46,716 nucleotides of DNA from Syntrophomonadaceae bacterium (GTDB lineage Bacteria > Bacillota > Dethiobacteria > DTU022 > UBA8154): the NCBI GenBank assembly GCA_007131175.1, contig SLRC01000002.1, forward strand, positions 1 to 46,716, written 5' to 3'. The notes beneath the pieces are model-generated. The model was given only the letters and a program-made list of their open reading frames with translations. It had not been told where the DNA came from and ran no database searches. Each line of letters starts with the position of its first letter. The first letter of the stretch is position 1. Positions 19,823-32,080 of the stretch are shown one piece after another. The position numbers and the translations under genes were made by a program.

Positions 19823-20353
19823 ATGGGCGATTTAAAACCCCTGGTTGGTATTATTATGGGCAGTGATTCAGACTTGCCCGTAATGGGTCAGGCAGCTGCC
19901 GCCCTGGATGACTTTGGTGTTGCCTACGAACTGACCATTGTATCTGCTCACCGCACACCGGAGCGTCTCTTCCGCTATGCCAGGGAAGCTTCCGGGCGGG
20001 GGTTGAAAGTTATCATTGCCGGAGCAGGGGGTGCTGCCCACTTGCCGGGTATGGTGGCGTCCCTGGCTGAACTGCCCGTTATCGGTGTCCCGGTAAAAAC
20101 AGCGGCCCTCGGCGGCGTGGACTCCTTATATTCCACCGTGCAAATGCCTCCCGGCGTACCTGTGGCGACGGTAGCAATTAACGGTGCCAAAAATGCCGGA
20201 CTGCTGGCTGTGCAAATTTTAGGTTTAAGCGACAACACCTTACAACAAAAATATGTTTCTTTCAAGGAAAAGCAACGAGATAAAGTGGAAGAAAAAGCGT
20301 CCAGACTCGAAGAAAGGGGGTATCTTGCCTATCTTAAAGAAACAGGTGTATAA
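19823..20353 (+). CDS. purE: N5-CAIR mutase
   Basis: [36 protein letters not shown]. Confidence 0.98.
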   Translation: MGDLKPLVGIIMGSDSDLPVMGQAAAALDDFGVAYELTIVSAHRTPERLFRYAREASGRGLKVIIAGAGGAAHLPGMVASLAELPVIGVPVKTAALGGVDSLYSTVQMPPGVPVATVAINGAKNAGLLAVQILGLSDNTLQQKYVSFKEKQRDKVEEKASRLEERGYLAYLKETGV

Positions 20354-20394
20354 TAAATTTATTATTAGGTGCATTTCCTGAGGAGGTTTACTTT

Positions 20395-21696
20395 TTGATT
20401 GAAAGATATACCAGGACTGAAATGGGCCGTATCTGGACTCTTCAAAACCGCTATCATAAATTTTTGGATATTGAGAAAGCAGTATGTTTTGCACTGGCTG
20501 AAAAAGGGATAATCCCCCGGGAAGCGGCGGATGCCATTGCGCAGAAGGCCGTTTTTTCTGTGGAACGCATCGCAAAGATCGAAGCGGTTACTCGCCATGA
20601 TGTGGTGGCATTTACCCGTTGCGTGGCGGAAAGCTTAGGCGCGGAATCGCGCTTTTTCCATTATGGCCTTACTTCATACGATGTGGTGGATACGGCTATG
20701 TCTCTTTTGCTAAAGGAGGCCTGTGGTCTGCTGCAGGAAGGACTGGACAAATTTTCTGCCACACTCCGTTCCCAGGCGCTGCGTTACCGCGATACGGTCA
20801 TGATCGGTCGAACACATGGAATCCACGCCGAGCCCATCACCCTTGGACTAAAATTTGCACTTTGGTGGGATGAGGCAGAAAGACACCGCAAACGTCTTGC
20901 CGGAGCAAAAGAAGCCATATCTTATGGCAAAATATCAGGTGCTGTTGGAACTTACGCTTTTCTCGATCCATGGATTGAGGAGGATGTCTGTCAGCGTCTC
21001 GGCCTCAAACCGGCCCTGGTATCCACTCAAATTCTGCAACGGGACGGCCATGCTGAACTGCTTACTGTTCTGGCCATTATCGCCTCTTACCTGGATAAAA
21101 TTGCCGTGGAGATCCGCAGCCTGCAGAAAACAGAAGTGCGGGAAGTGGAGGAGCCCTTTTATCAGGGACAGAAAGGTTCATCCGCAATGCCGCACAAACG
21201 TAATCCCGTTTCCTGCGAGCAAATAAGCGGCTTGGCGCGATTGGTGCGGTCCCATGGGCAGGTTGCCCTGGAAAATATCCCCCTTTGGCATGAGCGGGAT
21301 ATCTCCCATTCTTCGGCTGAAAGGGTTATATTTCCAGATTCTACCATCCTTGTGGATTACATGCTTCACCAGGCAACCAGCATTATAACAGGGTTGCATG
21401 TATACCCGGAAAACATGCAGAAGAACCTTGAGTTTACCGGTGGGTTGGTTTATTCCCAGGGAGTTCTTCTCTCCCTTGTGGAAAAAGGGATTACCAGGGA
21501 AGAGGCATATGATCTGGTACAACGGTGTGCCATGCTTTCCTGGGAGCAGGGAGTGCCTCTGAAGGAATTGTTGTCCAGGGAAGAGCAGGTAAATGCTTTG
21601 TTGACACCTGAGGAACTTGCTACCGCTTTTGAGCCCCATCATTGTTTGCGCTTTATTCCCTTTATCTATAAGCGCCTTGGAATTGAGGAAGAATAG
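20395..21696 (+). CDS. purB: Adenylosuccinate lyase
   Basis: IERY, RHDVVAF, GRTHGIHAEP, GSSAMPHKRNP. Confidence 0.98.
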   Translation: MIERYTRTEMGRIWTLQNRYHKFLDIEKAVCFALAEKGIIPREAADAIAQKAVFSVERIAKIEAVTRHDVVAFTRCVAESLGAESRFFHYGLTSYDVVDTAMSLLLKEACGLLQEGLDKFSATLRSQALRYRDTVMIGRTHGIHAEPITLGLKFALWWDEAERHRKRLAGAKEAISYGKISGAVGTYAFLDPWIEEDVCQRLGLKPALVSTQILQRDGHAELLTVLAIIASYLDKIAVEIRSLQKTEVREVEEPFYQGQKGSSAMPHKRNPVSCEQISGLARLVRSHGQVALENIPLWHERDISHSSAERVIFPDSTILVDYMLHQATSIITGLHVYPENMQKNLEFTGGLVYSQGVLLSLVEKGITREEAYDLVQRCAMLSWEQGVPLKELLSREEQVNALLTPEELATAFEPHHCLRFIPFIYKRLGIEEE

Positions 21697-21717
21697 GGAA
21701 GCTAGGGAGAGGTAAAA

Positions 21718-23112
21718 ATGTTAATAAATGACAAGTATTATCTTCGTTCCGGAGGTACGGCGAAGATGGAGGAGTGCTGCGGCATTTTTGGTATCTTTGC
21801 TCCAGGCTGTGATGTGTCCAAGTTGACTACCTATGCCCTTTATGCATTGCAACATCGGGGGCAGGAGAGTGCGGGCATTGCCCTTAGCAATGGACAAAAT
21901 ATCTGTTTGCGCAAGGGGCCGGGATTGGTTTCAGAACTCCTGCCAAAATTTAAAGAATTGGAGGCCATTCCTGCTGTAAGTGCCATTGGTCATGTTCGTT
22001 ATTCCACCACGGGGGATGCGAGACCTGAAAATGCCCAGCCGTTGCTTATCAGTTACCGCCATGGCAGTATGGCGGTGGCGCATAACGGTAACCTGGTTAA
22101 CGGTGAAGAGCTAAGGGAACGCCTGGAAAAAGAAGGATCCATATTTCAAACGACCACAGACAGTGAGCTTATTGCCCACCTGGTAGCCCGTTATGGCTAT
22201 AGCGATCTGGAATCATCACTTAAAGGTGTCATGCCTTATCTGCATGGTGCCTATTCTTTTCTCTTTCTTACGGAGGACAAACTGATTTGCATGCGCGATC
22301 CGTACGGAATCAGGCCCCTTTCTCTGGGCCAGTGGCAGGGCCACCATGTCCTGGCTTCGGAAAGCTGTGCTTTTGATACAATTGGAGCTGAGTTTATGCG
22401 GGATGTGGACCCCGGTGAGATGATTGTCATCGGAGAGGAAGGGCTGAAAAGCATACAAGTTCTCCCTACACACCGGAAGGCCCTTTGTATTTTTGAATTT
22501 ATTTATTTTGCTCGACCCGACAGCAACATTGGTGGGGCAAACGTTCACCTGGTGCGTAAAGAGTTGGGGCGCCGCCTCGCCCGGGAATGTCCTGCTGATG
22601 CAGATGTGGTTACAGGCGTACCCGATTCCAGCATGGCTGCTGCCTCCGGTTTTGCAGAAGAGTCGGGCCTGCCCTATGAAACGGGATTGATTAAAAATCG
22701 TTATATTGGGCGCACTTTTATTCAACCAAGCCAGCAGGTGCGGGATATCGGTGTGCAATTGAAATTAAACCCGGTGCAAAAAGTGGTGGAAGGAAAAAGA
22801 GTGGTGGTTGTGGATGATTCCATTGTGCGGGGGACTACCAGCAAGCGCCTCGTTGATATGTTTTTCAGGGCAGGAGCACGGGAAGTTCATCTTCGCATCA
22901 GCTCCCCACCCGTAGTTTCTTCCTGTTTTTACGGCATTGATACCCCCACCTACGAGGAACTGATTGGTTACCAACGGCAGGTGGAAGAGATCCGGGCCAA
23001 AATAGGGGCCACAACCCTCGGCTACCTGAGTCAGGACGGGATGCTTGGTGCCATAGGACTGCCGGAGGATAATTTTTGTGTAGCCTGCTTCAGTGGAGAT
23101 TATCCCATATAG
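21718..23112 (+). CDS. purF: Amidophosphoribosyltransferase
   Basis: CGIFG, LQHRGQESAG, GHVRYST, VDDSIVRGTT, Fe-S cysteines (CFYG, CVACF). Confidence 0.98.
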   Translation: MLINDKYYLRSGGTAKMEECCGIFGIFAPGCDVSKLTTYALYALQHRGQESAGIALSNGQNICLRKGPGLVSELLPKFKELEAIPAVSAIGHVRYSTTGDARPENAQPLLISYRHGSMAVAHNGNLVNGEELRERLEKEGSIFQTTTDSELIAHLVARYGYSDLESSLKGVMPYLHGAYSFLFLTEDKLICMRDPYGIRPLSLGQWQGHHVLASESCAFDTIGAEFMRDVDPGEMIVIGEEGLKSIQVLPTHRKALCIFEFIYFARPDSNIGGANVHLVRKELGRRLARECPADADVVTGVPDSSMAAASGFAEESGLPYETGLIKNRYIGRTFIQPSQQVRDIGVQLKLNPVQKVVEGKRVVVVDDSIVRGTTSKRLVDMFFRAGAREVHLRISSPPVVSSCFYGIDTPTYEELIGYQRQVEEIRAKIGATTLGYLSQDGMLGAIGLPEDNFCVACFSGDYPI

Positions 23113-23116
23113 ACAA

Positions 23117-23225
23117 GGAGTCAGAATTCAGGAGTCAGCAGTCAGAATAAAACCCTCAGACATTTGAAACCGTTTGTCCGGCTCACCGGCTACTGACTTT
23201 AAGAATCACACTGATATCTGACTTC
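23117..23225. repeat. Heptamer tandem repeats with partial inverted copies
   Basis: GGAGTCA-GAATTCA-GGAGTCA-GCAGTCA (23117-23144); complementary CTGACT at about 23193 and 23218. Confidence 0.6.
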
Positions 23226-23249
23226 CAGAATCAACGGGAGGAAGGTTAT

Positions 23250-24296
23250 ATGCAGGGTGAAGGTTTTGATTATGGCAAAGCAGGGGTGAATATTGAGGCC
23301 GGTGATATGTTAGTCCAGCGGATCAAAAAAATGGTGGGGCCCAATTTCCGTTCCGGTGTTCAAACTGAGATCGGGGGCTTTGCCGGTTTTTTTAAGCCGC
23401 AGTGGCAACGTTACCGGGAACCGGTTCTGGCAGCAGCTACAGATGGAGTGGGCACAAAGCTGAAAATAGCAATGCTCATGGATAAACACGACACGGTAGG
23501 CATTGATCTTGTCGCCATGTGTGTCAATGACCTTGTGGTTCAGGGAGCTGACCCCCTTTTTTTCCTTGATTACCTGGCAGTGGGAAAACTGGACGTTGAC
23601 CAGGCCGCGGTAATAATAAGCGGTGTGGTGGAAGGGTGCCGTCAGGCTGGTTGTGCTCTCCTGGGTGGTGAAACAGCAGAAATGCCCGGTTTTTACCCTC
23701 CTGGCGAGTATGACCTGGCAGGTTTTGCCGTGGGAATGGGAGAGCGGGATGGTATTCTCACAGGGGAGGATGTTGTCCCCGGCGATGTTGTAATTGGTCT
23801 TCCATCAAGCGGGCTGCACAGTAACGGATATTCTTTGGTTCGCAAAGTCCTGTTCGAGCATGCAGGACTGACTGTAAATTCATCCTTCCCATCCCTGCAA
23901 GGCACCCTGGGGGATGAGCTTTTAAAGCCTACCACCATCTACGTGCCCATAGTTTTACCCCTGCTGCAGGCATATCCTGTCAAAGGGCTTGCCCATATTA
24001 CGGGCGGAGGTCTGGAGTTAAACCTGATGCGTATCCTACCGCAGGGGACCCGGGCTCATTTAGAAAAGAAATGCTGGAATATACCGTCTATATTTCATTT
24101 AATACAGGAAAAGGGCAATGTCAATGAAGGGGAGATGTTCCGTACATTTAATATGGGAATTGGCATGACAATGGTTGTCCCTTCCGTGAAGGCTGATGAG
24201 ATCCTCAAATACATCCGGAAAAAGAACAGCGAGGCTTCAGTCATAGGCCAAATTGAAGTCAGCGGGAGACAGGAACCTGAGGTTATGATAGTTTAG
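23250..24296 (+). CDS. purM: AIR synthetase
   Basis: AGVNI, GGFAG, TDGVGTK, GGETAEMPG, HSNGYSL, HITGGG. Confidence 0.98.
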   Translation: MQGEGFDYGKAGVNIEAGDMLVQRIKKMVGPNFRSGVQTEIGGFAGFFKPQWQRYREPVLAAATDGVGTKLKIAMLMDKHDTVGIDLVAMCVNDLVVQGADPLFFLDYLAVGKLDVDQAAVIISGVVEGCRQAGCALLGGETAEMPGFYPPGEYDLAGFAVGMGERDGILTGEDVVPGDVVIGLPSSGLHSNGYSLVRKVLFEHAGLTVNSSFPSLQGTLGDELLKPTTIYVPIVLPLLQAYPVKGLAHITGGGLELNLMRILPQGTRAHLEKKCWNIPSIFHLIQEKGNVNEGEMFRTFNMGIGMTMVVPSVKADEILKYIRKKNSEASVIGQIEVSGRQEPEVMIV

Positions 24297-24349
24297 CTAT
24301 GGGGTTGGAAGTCAGTTACTTTTTAAACGTTTCTGAAGGGGTTGAAACG

Positions 24350-24955
24350 ATGCGTCTAGCTGTGCTTGCTTCAGGATACGGCAGTAACCTTCAAGCTATA
24401 ATAAACGGGGTAAAAAGCGGTGCAATTGACGGGCAGGTGGTGGTTGTAATCAGCGATCAGGAAAATGCCTTTGCTCTAAAGCGCGCAAGGGAAGAAGGTA
24501 TTGAGGCCCTTTTCCTTGATCCTGGCGTATTTGCCGGTCGGGAAGCTTATGAACGGGAAATTGTTGCTAAGCTGCAAAAACAGCAGGTGGAACTGGTAGT
24601 CCTGGCTGGATTTATGCGACTTCTCAGCCCTTACTTTATCAAAGCTTTTTCCGGCCGGATCATGAATATCCATCCATCACTCCTTCCCGCTTTTCCGGGA
24701 TTGGATGGAGTGAAGCAAGCACTTGCTTACGGGGTAAAGGTAAGCGGTTGTACGGTCCATTTCGTGGATGCAGGCCTGGATACGGGAGCGGTAATATTGC
24801 AAGAAGCAGTAAATGTATATGACAGTGACACGGAAGAAACCTTGCAGCAGCGTATTCATAAGGTTGAGCATCGACTCTATCCCCGGGCTGTCCAGCTATT
24901 TATTAAGGGGAAATTACATTTGGAGGGAAGAAGGTGTCTAGTGAATGAAAGTTAA
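24350..24955 (+). CDS. purN: Phosphoribosylglycinamide formyltransferase
   Basis: LASGYGSNLQA, LAGFMR, NIHPSLLP, GCTVHFVD. Confidence 0.97.
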   Translation: MRLAVLASGYGSNLQAIINGVKSGAIDGQVVVVISDQENAFALKRAREEGIEALFLDPGVFAGREAYEREIVAKLQKQQVELVVLAGFMRLLSPYFIKAFSGRIMNIHPSLLPAFPGLDGVKQALAYGVKVSGCTVHFVDAGLDTGAVILQEAVNVYDSDTEETLQQRIHKVEHRLYPRAVQLFIKGKLHLEGRRCLVNES

Positions 24956-26495
24956 AAGGGCGCTCATCAGTGTTTCCAATAAAGAAGGAGTAGTGCTCTT
25001 CGCCCAGGAATTAAAAAAATTGGGTTGGGAAATTGTTTCCACCGGCGGTACGGCTCGCTCTTTGAGGGAAGGGGGATGCAGTGTTAAGGATGTGAGTGAA
25101 CTGACCGGTTTTCCGGAAATTCTGGAGGGAAGGCTAAAAACCTTACATCCCCTGGTCCATGGTGGAATCCTGGGACGCAGGAGCGAGGAACTGCACCGTC
25201 AACAAATGGCCGAGCATGGGATCAGTGACATTGACCTGGTGGCAGTTAACCTCTATCCATTTATTGATGTGGTCAGTAAAGAGGGAGTTTCCCTTGAAGA
25301 TGCCATTGAGAATATTGATATTGGCGGACCCACCATGGTCAGGGCGGCTGCAAAGAATTACCAGGATGTTATTGTGGTGGTTAACCCGGCCAAGTACAGT
25401 GCGGTAATTGAAGGACTGCAAAGCGACGGGGACATTTCCCTTAAATCCCGTTTTAAACTTGCCGTGGAAGCTTTTGCCCATACAGCCTTTTATGACAGTG
25501 TAATCAGTAACTACCTCCAAAACACTTATATTGAAAATAAAGAAGGGTTTTTCCCCCAAGAAGTGACTTTTCCCTTTGTCAAGGTAATGAACCTGCGTTA
25601 CGGGGAAAACCCACATCAACATGCAGCTTTTTTTAAAGAGCCCCTGGCACCACGCGGCAGCCTTGCGCAAGCAACACAACTGCAGGGGAAAGAACTTTCG
25701 TTTAATAATATAAATGACCTACAGGCTGCTTGGGAGATGGTGGGGGAGTTTGATGAACCGGCAGCAGTGGCTGTAAAACATACCAACCCCTGCGGGGTGG
25801 GTGTTGGCGAAACATTGCTGGAAGCATACATAAAGGCTTTTGAAGCGGATAAAATTTCTATATTCGGCGGAATTGTGGCCCTTAACCGGGAAGTGGATGA
25901 ATCAACTGCCCGGAAGATGCAGGATATATTCCTGGAAGTTGTGGCAGCTCCTTCATTTTCACAGCAAGCCCAGGATGTATTCGCTCAGAAAAAGGATGTC
26001 CGCCTTTTGGAGATTCCTGCGGGAATGGGAAAAGATAAAGGTACAGACTATAAAAAAGTCAGCGGTGGATTGCTATTGCAAGATAATCTGAAAGAATCTT
26101 ACACCACTGATCAGTGGAAAGTTGCTACAAACCGCAAACCGACGGAACACGAGTTAAACGACCTCCTGTTTGCCCTGAAGGTTGTGAAGCATGTTAAATC
26201 AAATGCAATCGTAATCGCCAAGCGGGGCCAGACCATTGGAATTGGAGCCGGTCAGATGAACCGCGTTGGTGCGGTGAAAATAGCAGCAACCCAGGCTTTG
26301 GAAAATATCCGGGGCAGCGTGATGGCATCCGATGCTTTTTTCCCCTTTAAGGATGGGGTGGAAATTGCTGCCGCTGAAGGGGTTACGGCCATCGTACAGC
26401 CCGGAGGCTCGCAGCGTGACGCTGAATCCATTGAAACCTGTAACAAGTATAATATTGCCATGGTATTTACTGGCAAACGATATTTTAAACATTAG
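24945..26495 (+). CDS. purH: Bifunctional AICAR transformylase/IMP cyclohydrolase
   Basis: RALISVS, KTLHP, IDIGGP, LRYGENPHQ, ASDAFFPF. Confidence 0.98.
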   Translation: MKVKRALISVSNKEGVVLFAQELKKLGWEIVSTGGTARSLREGGCSVKDVSELTGFPEILEGRLKTLHPLVHGGILGRRSEELHRQQMAEHGISDIDLVAVNLYPFIDVVSKEGVSLEDAIENIDIGGPTMVRAAAKNYQDVIVVVNPAKYSAVIEGLQSDGDISLKSRFKLAVEAFAHTAFYDSVISNYLQNTYIENKEGFFPQEVTFPFVKVMNLRYGENPHQHAAFFKEPLAPRGSLAQATQLQGKELSFNNINDLQAAWEMVGEFDEPAAVAVKHTNPCGVGVGETLLEAYIKAFEADKISIFGGIVALNREVDESTARKMQDIFLEVVAAPSFSQQAQDVFAQKKDVRLLEIPAGMGKDKGTDYKKVSGGLLLQDNLKESYTTDQWKVATNRKPTEHELNDLLFALKVVKHVKSNAIVIAKRGQTIGIGAGQMNRVGAVKIAATQALENIRGSVMASDAFFPFKDGVEIAAAEGVTAIVQPGGSQRDAESIETCNKYNIAMVFTGKRYFKH

Positions 26496-26507
26496 GAGGT
26501 GCTGCCA

Positions 26508-27782
26508 GTGCGCATTCTCGTTGTAGGTGGTGGCGGACGGGAGCATGCCCTGATCTGGCAATTGGCCAGGAGCCCGGGCGTGGAAAAAATATTCTGCGCT
26601 CCCGGGAACGGGGGTATTGCCTCCCTTGCCGAATGTGTTCCCATTGGCGCTGCAGATGTTAATGCACTATTGAATTTTGCCAGGAAACAGCAGGTGGATC
26701 TGACAGTGGTGGGGCCGGAAGCACCCCTGGTGGATGGCATCGGGGATCGTTTTCGAGAAGCAAATATGCTTATCTTTGGCCCTGATAGCAGCGGTGCGCG
26801 AATTGAAGGGAGCAAAATCTGGGCAAAGCGGTTTATGGAGAAATACAACATTCCCAGTGCCGCTTATAAAGAATTTAGGGATCCCCGCATCGCACTTGAT
26901 TACCTGGAACAAGCAAATTACCCTACGGTGGTTAAAGCGGACGGGCTTGCGTCGGGAAAAGGAGTTGTGGTAGCAGAGAGCCAGACAGATGCAAAAAGAG
27001 CGGTACAGGAAATAATGATGGATAAGGTATTTGGCCGTGCCGGTGATTCCATAGTGATTGAAGATTGCCTGCAGGGAGAGGAACTTTCCCTTTTTGCCAT
27101 AACTGACGGGGATACTTTTATTATGCTTCCTTCAGCACAGGATCACAAAGCAGCATACGAAGGTGACTGGGGCCCGAATACGGGAGGCATGGGTGCCTAT
27201 TCTCCTGCAGGGATATTTACGCCAGAATTGGTTAAAGAGGCAGAAGATATTATATTCATGCCTGTCCTGAACGGGCTGCTGCAGGAAGGAATAAGGTTTC
27301 AGGGTGTGCTCTTTGCCGGTTGTATGCTTACCACAGCAGGATTGAAAGTGCTGGAATTCAATGTTCGTTTTGGTGATCCGGAGGCACAGGTTATTCTGCC
27401 ACGCCTCGCTTCTCCATTATTACCCCTGTTGCTTCACGCGGCCCGGGGCGAACTGAGGGATCTGGAAACGCCTCGCTGGTCCCCTGAAGCAGCCATATGC
27501 GTGGTTATGGCATCAGGAGGCTATCCCGGAAACTTTGAAACGGGAAAGTTAATTCTCGGCCTGGATTCCGCAGAAACGGAAAAAAAGGCCGTTGTTTTTC
27601 ATGCCGGCACAGCCCAAAAAGACAACCAAATCGTAACCAGCGGCGGCAGGGTCCTGGGGGTTACGGCCTGGGATGCGGACCTGAAAACAGCACAAAAACG
27701 TGCTTATCTCCTGGCGGAAACAATTAAATATGAAGGGGCGTATTTCCGCCGAGATATTGGGCACCGGGCCCTTTCGCGTTAG
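26508..27782 (+). CDS. purD: Phosphoribosylamine-glycine ligase
   Basis: GGGGREHA, VVGPEAPL, KADGLASGKGV, GPNTGGMGAYSP, EFNVRFGDPE. Confidence 0.98.
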   Translation: MRILVVGGGGREHALIWQLARSPGVEKIFCAPGNGGIASLAECVPIGAADVNALLNFARKQQVDLTVVGPEAPLVDGIGDRFREANMLIFGPDSSGARIEGSKIWAKRFMEKYNIPSAAYKEFRDPRIALDYLEQANYPTVVKADGLASGKGVVVAESQTDAKRAVQEIMMDKVFGRAGDSIVIEDCLQGEELSLFAITDGDTFIMLPSAQDHKAAYEGDWGPNTGGMGAYSPAGIFTPELVKEAEDIIFMPVLNGLLQEGIRFQGVLFAGCMLTTAGLKVLEFNVRFGDPEAQVILPRLASPLLPLLLHAARGELRDLETPRWSPEAAICVVMASGGYPGNFETGKLILGLDSAETEKKAVVFHAGTAQKDNQIVTSGGRVLGVTAWDADLKTAQKRAYLLAETIKYEGAYFRRDIGHRALSR

Positions 27783-27826
27783 ATTTGTTATGTTTTGGAG
27801 CATAATATGTGGGGAAGGAGGCGTAA

Positions 27827-29827
<2,001 letters not shown>

Positions 29828-29886
29828 ATAACCCTCATTTACACGGGTACTTTAAGCCCTGGCAAACAAAGCTGTCCTTTAGGAAG

Positions 29887-30150
29887 TTAATGTCGCGGAT
29901 GTTCTTTTACCAGTTTTATCGCTTTGGTGATAGCGCCTACTACGTCTATATATTTTTGCATATCAAGCATATCTGCTTTGGCGTAGGACGCTCCCTTGGC
30001 TGTGACGACATAACGGGGAGGCAGGTTATTAAGGGCAAGTGCGGCAACATCGAGTCTACACTGTTCACAGTTACAAATACCTTCTTTTTTCAGAAACTCA
30101 GCCACATTATCTACAACTATTTCTTCAATAAGATTGCGCATCACAGGCAT
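29887..30150 (-). CDS. Late competence development ComFB family protein
   Basis: NLIEEIV...CNCEQCRLDVAALALNNLPPRY...V..HPRH; RBS AAGGAGGAG. Confidence 0.88.
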   Translation of the reverse strand: MPVMRNLIEEIVVDNVAEFLKKEGICNCEQCRLDVAALALNNLPPRYVVTAKGASYAKADMLDMQKYIDVVGAITKAIKLVKEHPRH

Positions 30151-30191
30151 TTTAATCTCCTCCTTGGTTTGACCCGTATTTATCAGCTTGT

Positions 30192-30218
30192 ATTCTACAT
30201 AGAAACGTCCATTCCTGC
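30192..30218 (-). promoter_or_regulatory. Putative SigH promoter of the ComFB-family gene
   Basis: Minus strand reads GCAGGAAT...TAGAAT, i.e. AGGA-N17-GAAT. Confidence 0.5.
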
Positions 30219-30242
30219 TAGATTTTACTGGGAGGTGAAAAA

Positions 30243-30536
30243 ATGAAGGTTAACAAAAAGGAAGTAGAACATGTGGCAGCACTGGCCCGCCTTACTTTTT
30301 CCCCAGAAGAATTGGAACTTTACACTGAACAATTCAATGATATACTGGAGTATATCAACAGGCTAAATGAGGTGGATTTGGAAAATGTTGAACCGACAAG
30401 CCACGTTCAGCCCTTGAAAAATGTGCTACGGGAAGATTGTGTCGTGACCAGTGATGAGGAGCTCCGCCAGTCTGTCTTACAGGAAGCGCCTGAAGTGGAA
30501 CATGGGTTTTTCAAGGTTCCAACAATAATTGACTGA
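30243..30536 (+). CDS. gatC: Asp/Glu-tRNA amidotransferase subunit C (copy 1)
   Basis: EVEHVAALARL, VEPTSH, NVLRED, FFKVP. Confidence 0.96.
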   Translation: MKVNKKEVEHVAALARLTFSPEELELYTEQFNDILEYINRLNEVDLENVEPTSHVQPLKNVLREDCVVTSDEELRQSVLQEAPEVEHGFFKVPTIID

Positions 30537-30601
30537 AGTATTAAGAAATGCTGATTTTAGAATCTGCGATTGTGAATGAAGGGAAGATCGGGGGAATATA
30601 T

Positions 30602-32080
30602 TTGAAACTTTACGAGATGACAGCTTATGAAGCGGCACAGTGCCTTAAGCGCGGCGAAATTAGCTCACAACAGCTTGTTAAGGCTGTTTATGAGAGGATT
30701 AACAGTGTGGAGCCCGTAATTGGCGGATATATTACGGTACTGGACCAGGAGAGGGTCCTTGCTGAGGCCCACCGAGCAGATGAACTTTTGCAAAAAGGGC
30801 AGGCCCATTCACCCCTTGCGGGCATCCCCATGGCTTTAAAAGATAATATTTGCACCAATGGTATCCCCACCACCTGTGCATCCCGTATCCTTTCAGGTTA
30901 CTGTCCTCCGTACGATGCGTTTGTAACGGCAAGGCTGAAAGATGCTGGGGCAATCCTCATGGGGAAAACTAATATGGATGAATTTGCCATGGGTTCCTCC
31001 ACAGAAAATTCCGCCTTTCACACCACGGTAAACCCATGGGACAGGGATAGGGTTCCGGGGGGATCAAGCGGAGGTTCGGCTGCAGTGGTTGCAGCGGGAG
31101 AAGCATTTTTTGCCCTGGGCTCGGATACAGGCGGTTCGATTCGCCAGCCCGCTTCCCTTTGTGGTGTGGTTGGCCTTAAACCAACTTACGGAAATGTTTC
31201 CCGCTATGGGCTAATAGCTTTTGCTTCATCGCTGGACCAAATTGGTCCCTTAACCAGGGATGTACGGGATGCTGCATTCGTCCTCGATATTATTGCCGGT
31301 CATGATAAGCAGGATTCCACCTCTGTCCCCGGGAAAAAGGAGCACTACGTCAGTTTTCTGGGCAAAGAAGTGAGAGGGATGAAAGTTGCATTACCCATGG
31401 AATGTTTCGGGGAAGGGCTTAAAAATGAAATTAAGGATGTGGTTATGCAGGCCGTGGAAAAGTGTGCTACAGTGGGAGTTCATTTTTCCGAGGCATCTGC
31501 GCCCAGTACCAAGTATGCTTTACCTGCATACTACCTGGTGGCTCCCGCTGAGGCATCTTCAAATCTGGCCCGTTATGACGGGGTCCAGTATGGATTAAGC
31601 GTCCGCGATGCAGAGAACCTCCTTGCTCTGTACTGGTCAACGCGAAAACAGGGTTTTGGCCCTGAGGTAAAAAGGAGGATCATGCTGGGAACTTACGCCC
31701 TTAGCTCCGGTTATTATGACGCTTATTATTTGAAAGCACTGAAAATGCGCACACTGATCCGGGAAGAATTCGCTAAAATATTCAAGGACCATGATTTTAT
31801 CGTTACTCCCACTTCGCCAACGGTGGCTTTTAAAATAGGGGAACAGAAGGATGATCCCCTCACCATGTATTTAAACGACATCTATACCATAACCGCTAAC
31901 CTTTCCGGGCTTCCGGCCATCTCCATTCCTTGCGGCTTTGTTGAAGGAATGCCGGTGGGATTGCAGGTAATTGGCCGGCCATTTGACGAAGGGCGGATGC
32001 TCCAGTTTTGTTATTGCCTGGAGGGTCTCCTTGGAATCAAAGGATGCATGGCGACTATTAATGTAAAGGAGGGAAAATAG
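30602..32080 (+). CDS. gatA: Asp/Glu-tRNA amidotransferase subunit A (copy 1, catalytically intact)
   Basis: ALKDNI (Lys), PGGSSGGSAA (cis-Ser), GSDTGGSIRQP (nucleophile Ser), VKRRIMLG, MYLND. Confidence 0.97.
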   Translation: MKLYEMTAYEAAQCLKRGEISSQQLVKAVYERINSVEPVIGGYITVLDQERVLAEAHRADELLQKGQAHSPLAGIPMALKDNICTNGIPTTCASRILSGYCPPYDAFVTARLKDAGAILMGKTNMDEFAMGSSTENSAFHTTVNPWDRDRVPGGSSGGSAAVVAAGEAFFALGSDTGGSIRQPASLCGVVGLKPTYGNVSRYGLIAFASSLDQIGPLTRDVRDAAFVLDIIAGHDKQDSTSVPGKKEHYVSFLGKEVRGMKVALPMECFGEGLKNEIKDVVMQAVEKCATVGVHFSEASAPSTKYALPAYYLVAPAEASSNLARYDGVQYGLSVRDAENLLALYWSTRKQGFGPEVKRRIMLGTYALSSGYYDAYYLKALKMRTLIREEFAKIFKDHDFIVTPTSPTVAFKIGEQKDDPLTMYLNDIYTITANLSGLPAISIPCGFVEGMPVGLQVIGRPFDEGRMLQFCYCLEGLLGIKGCMATINVKEGK

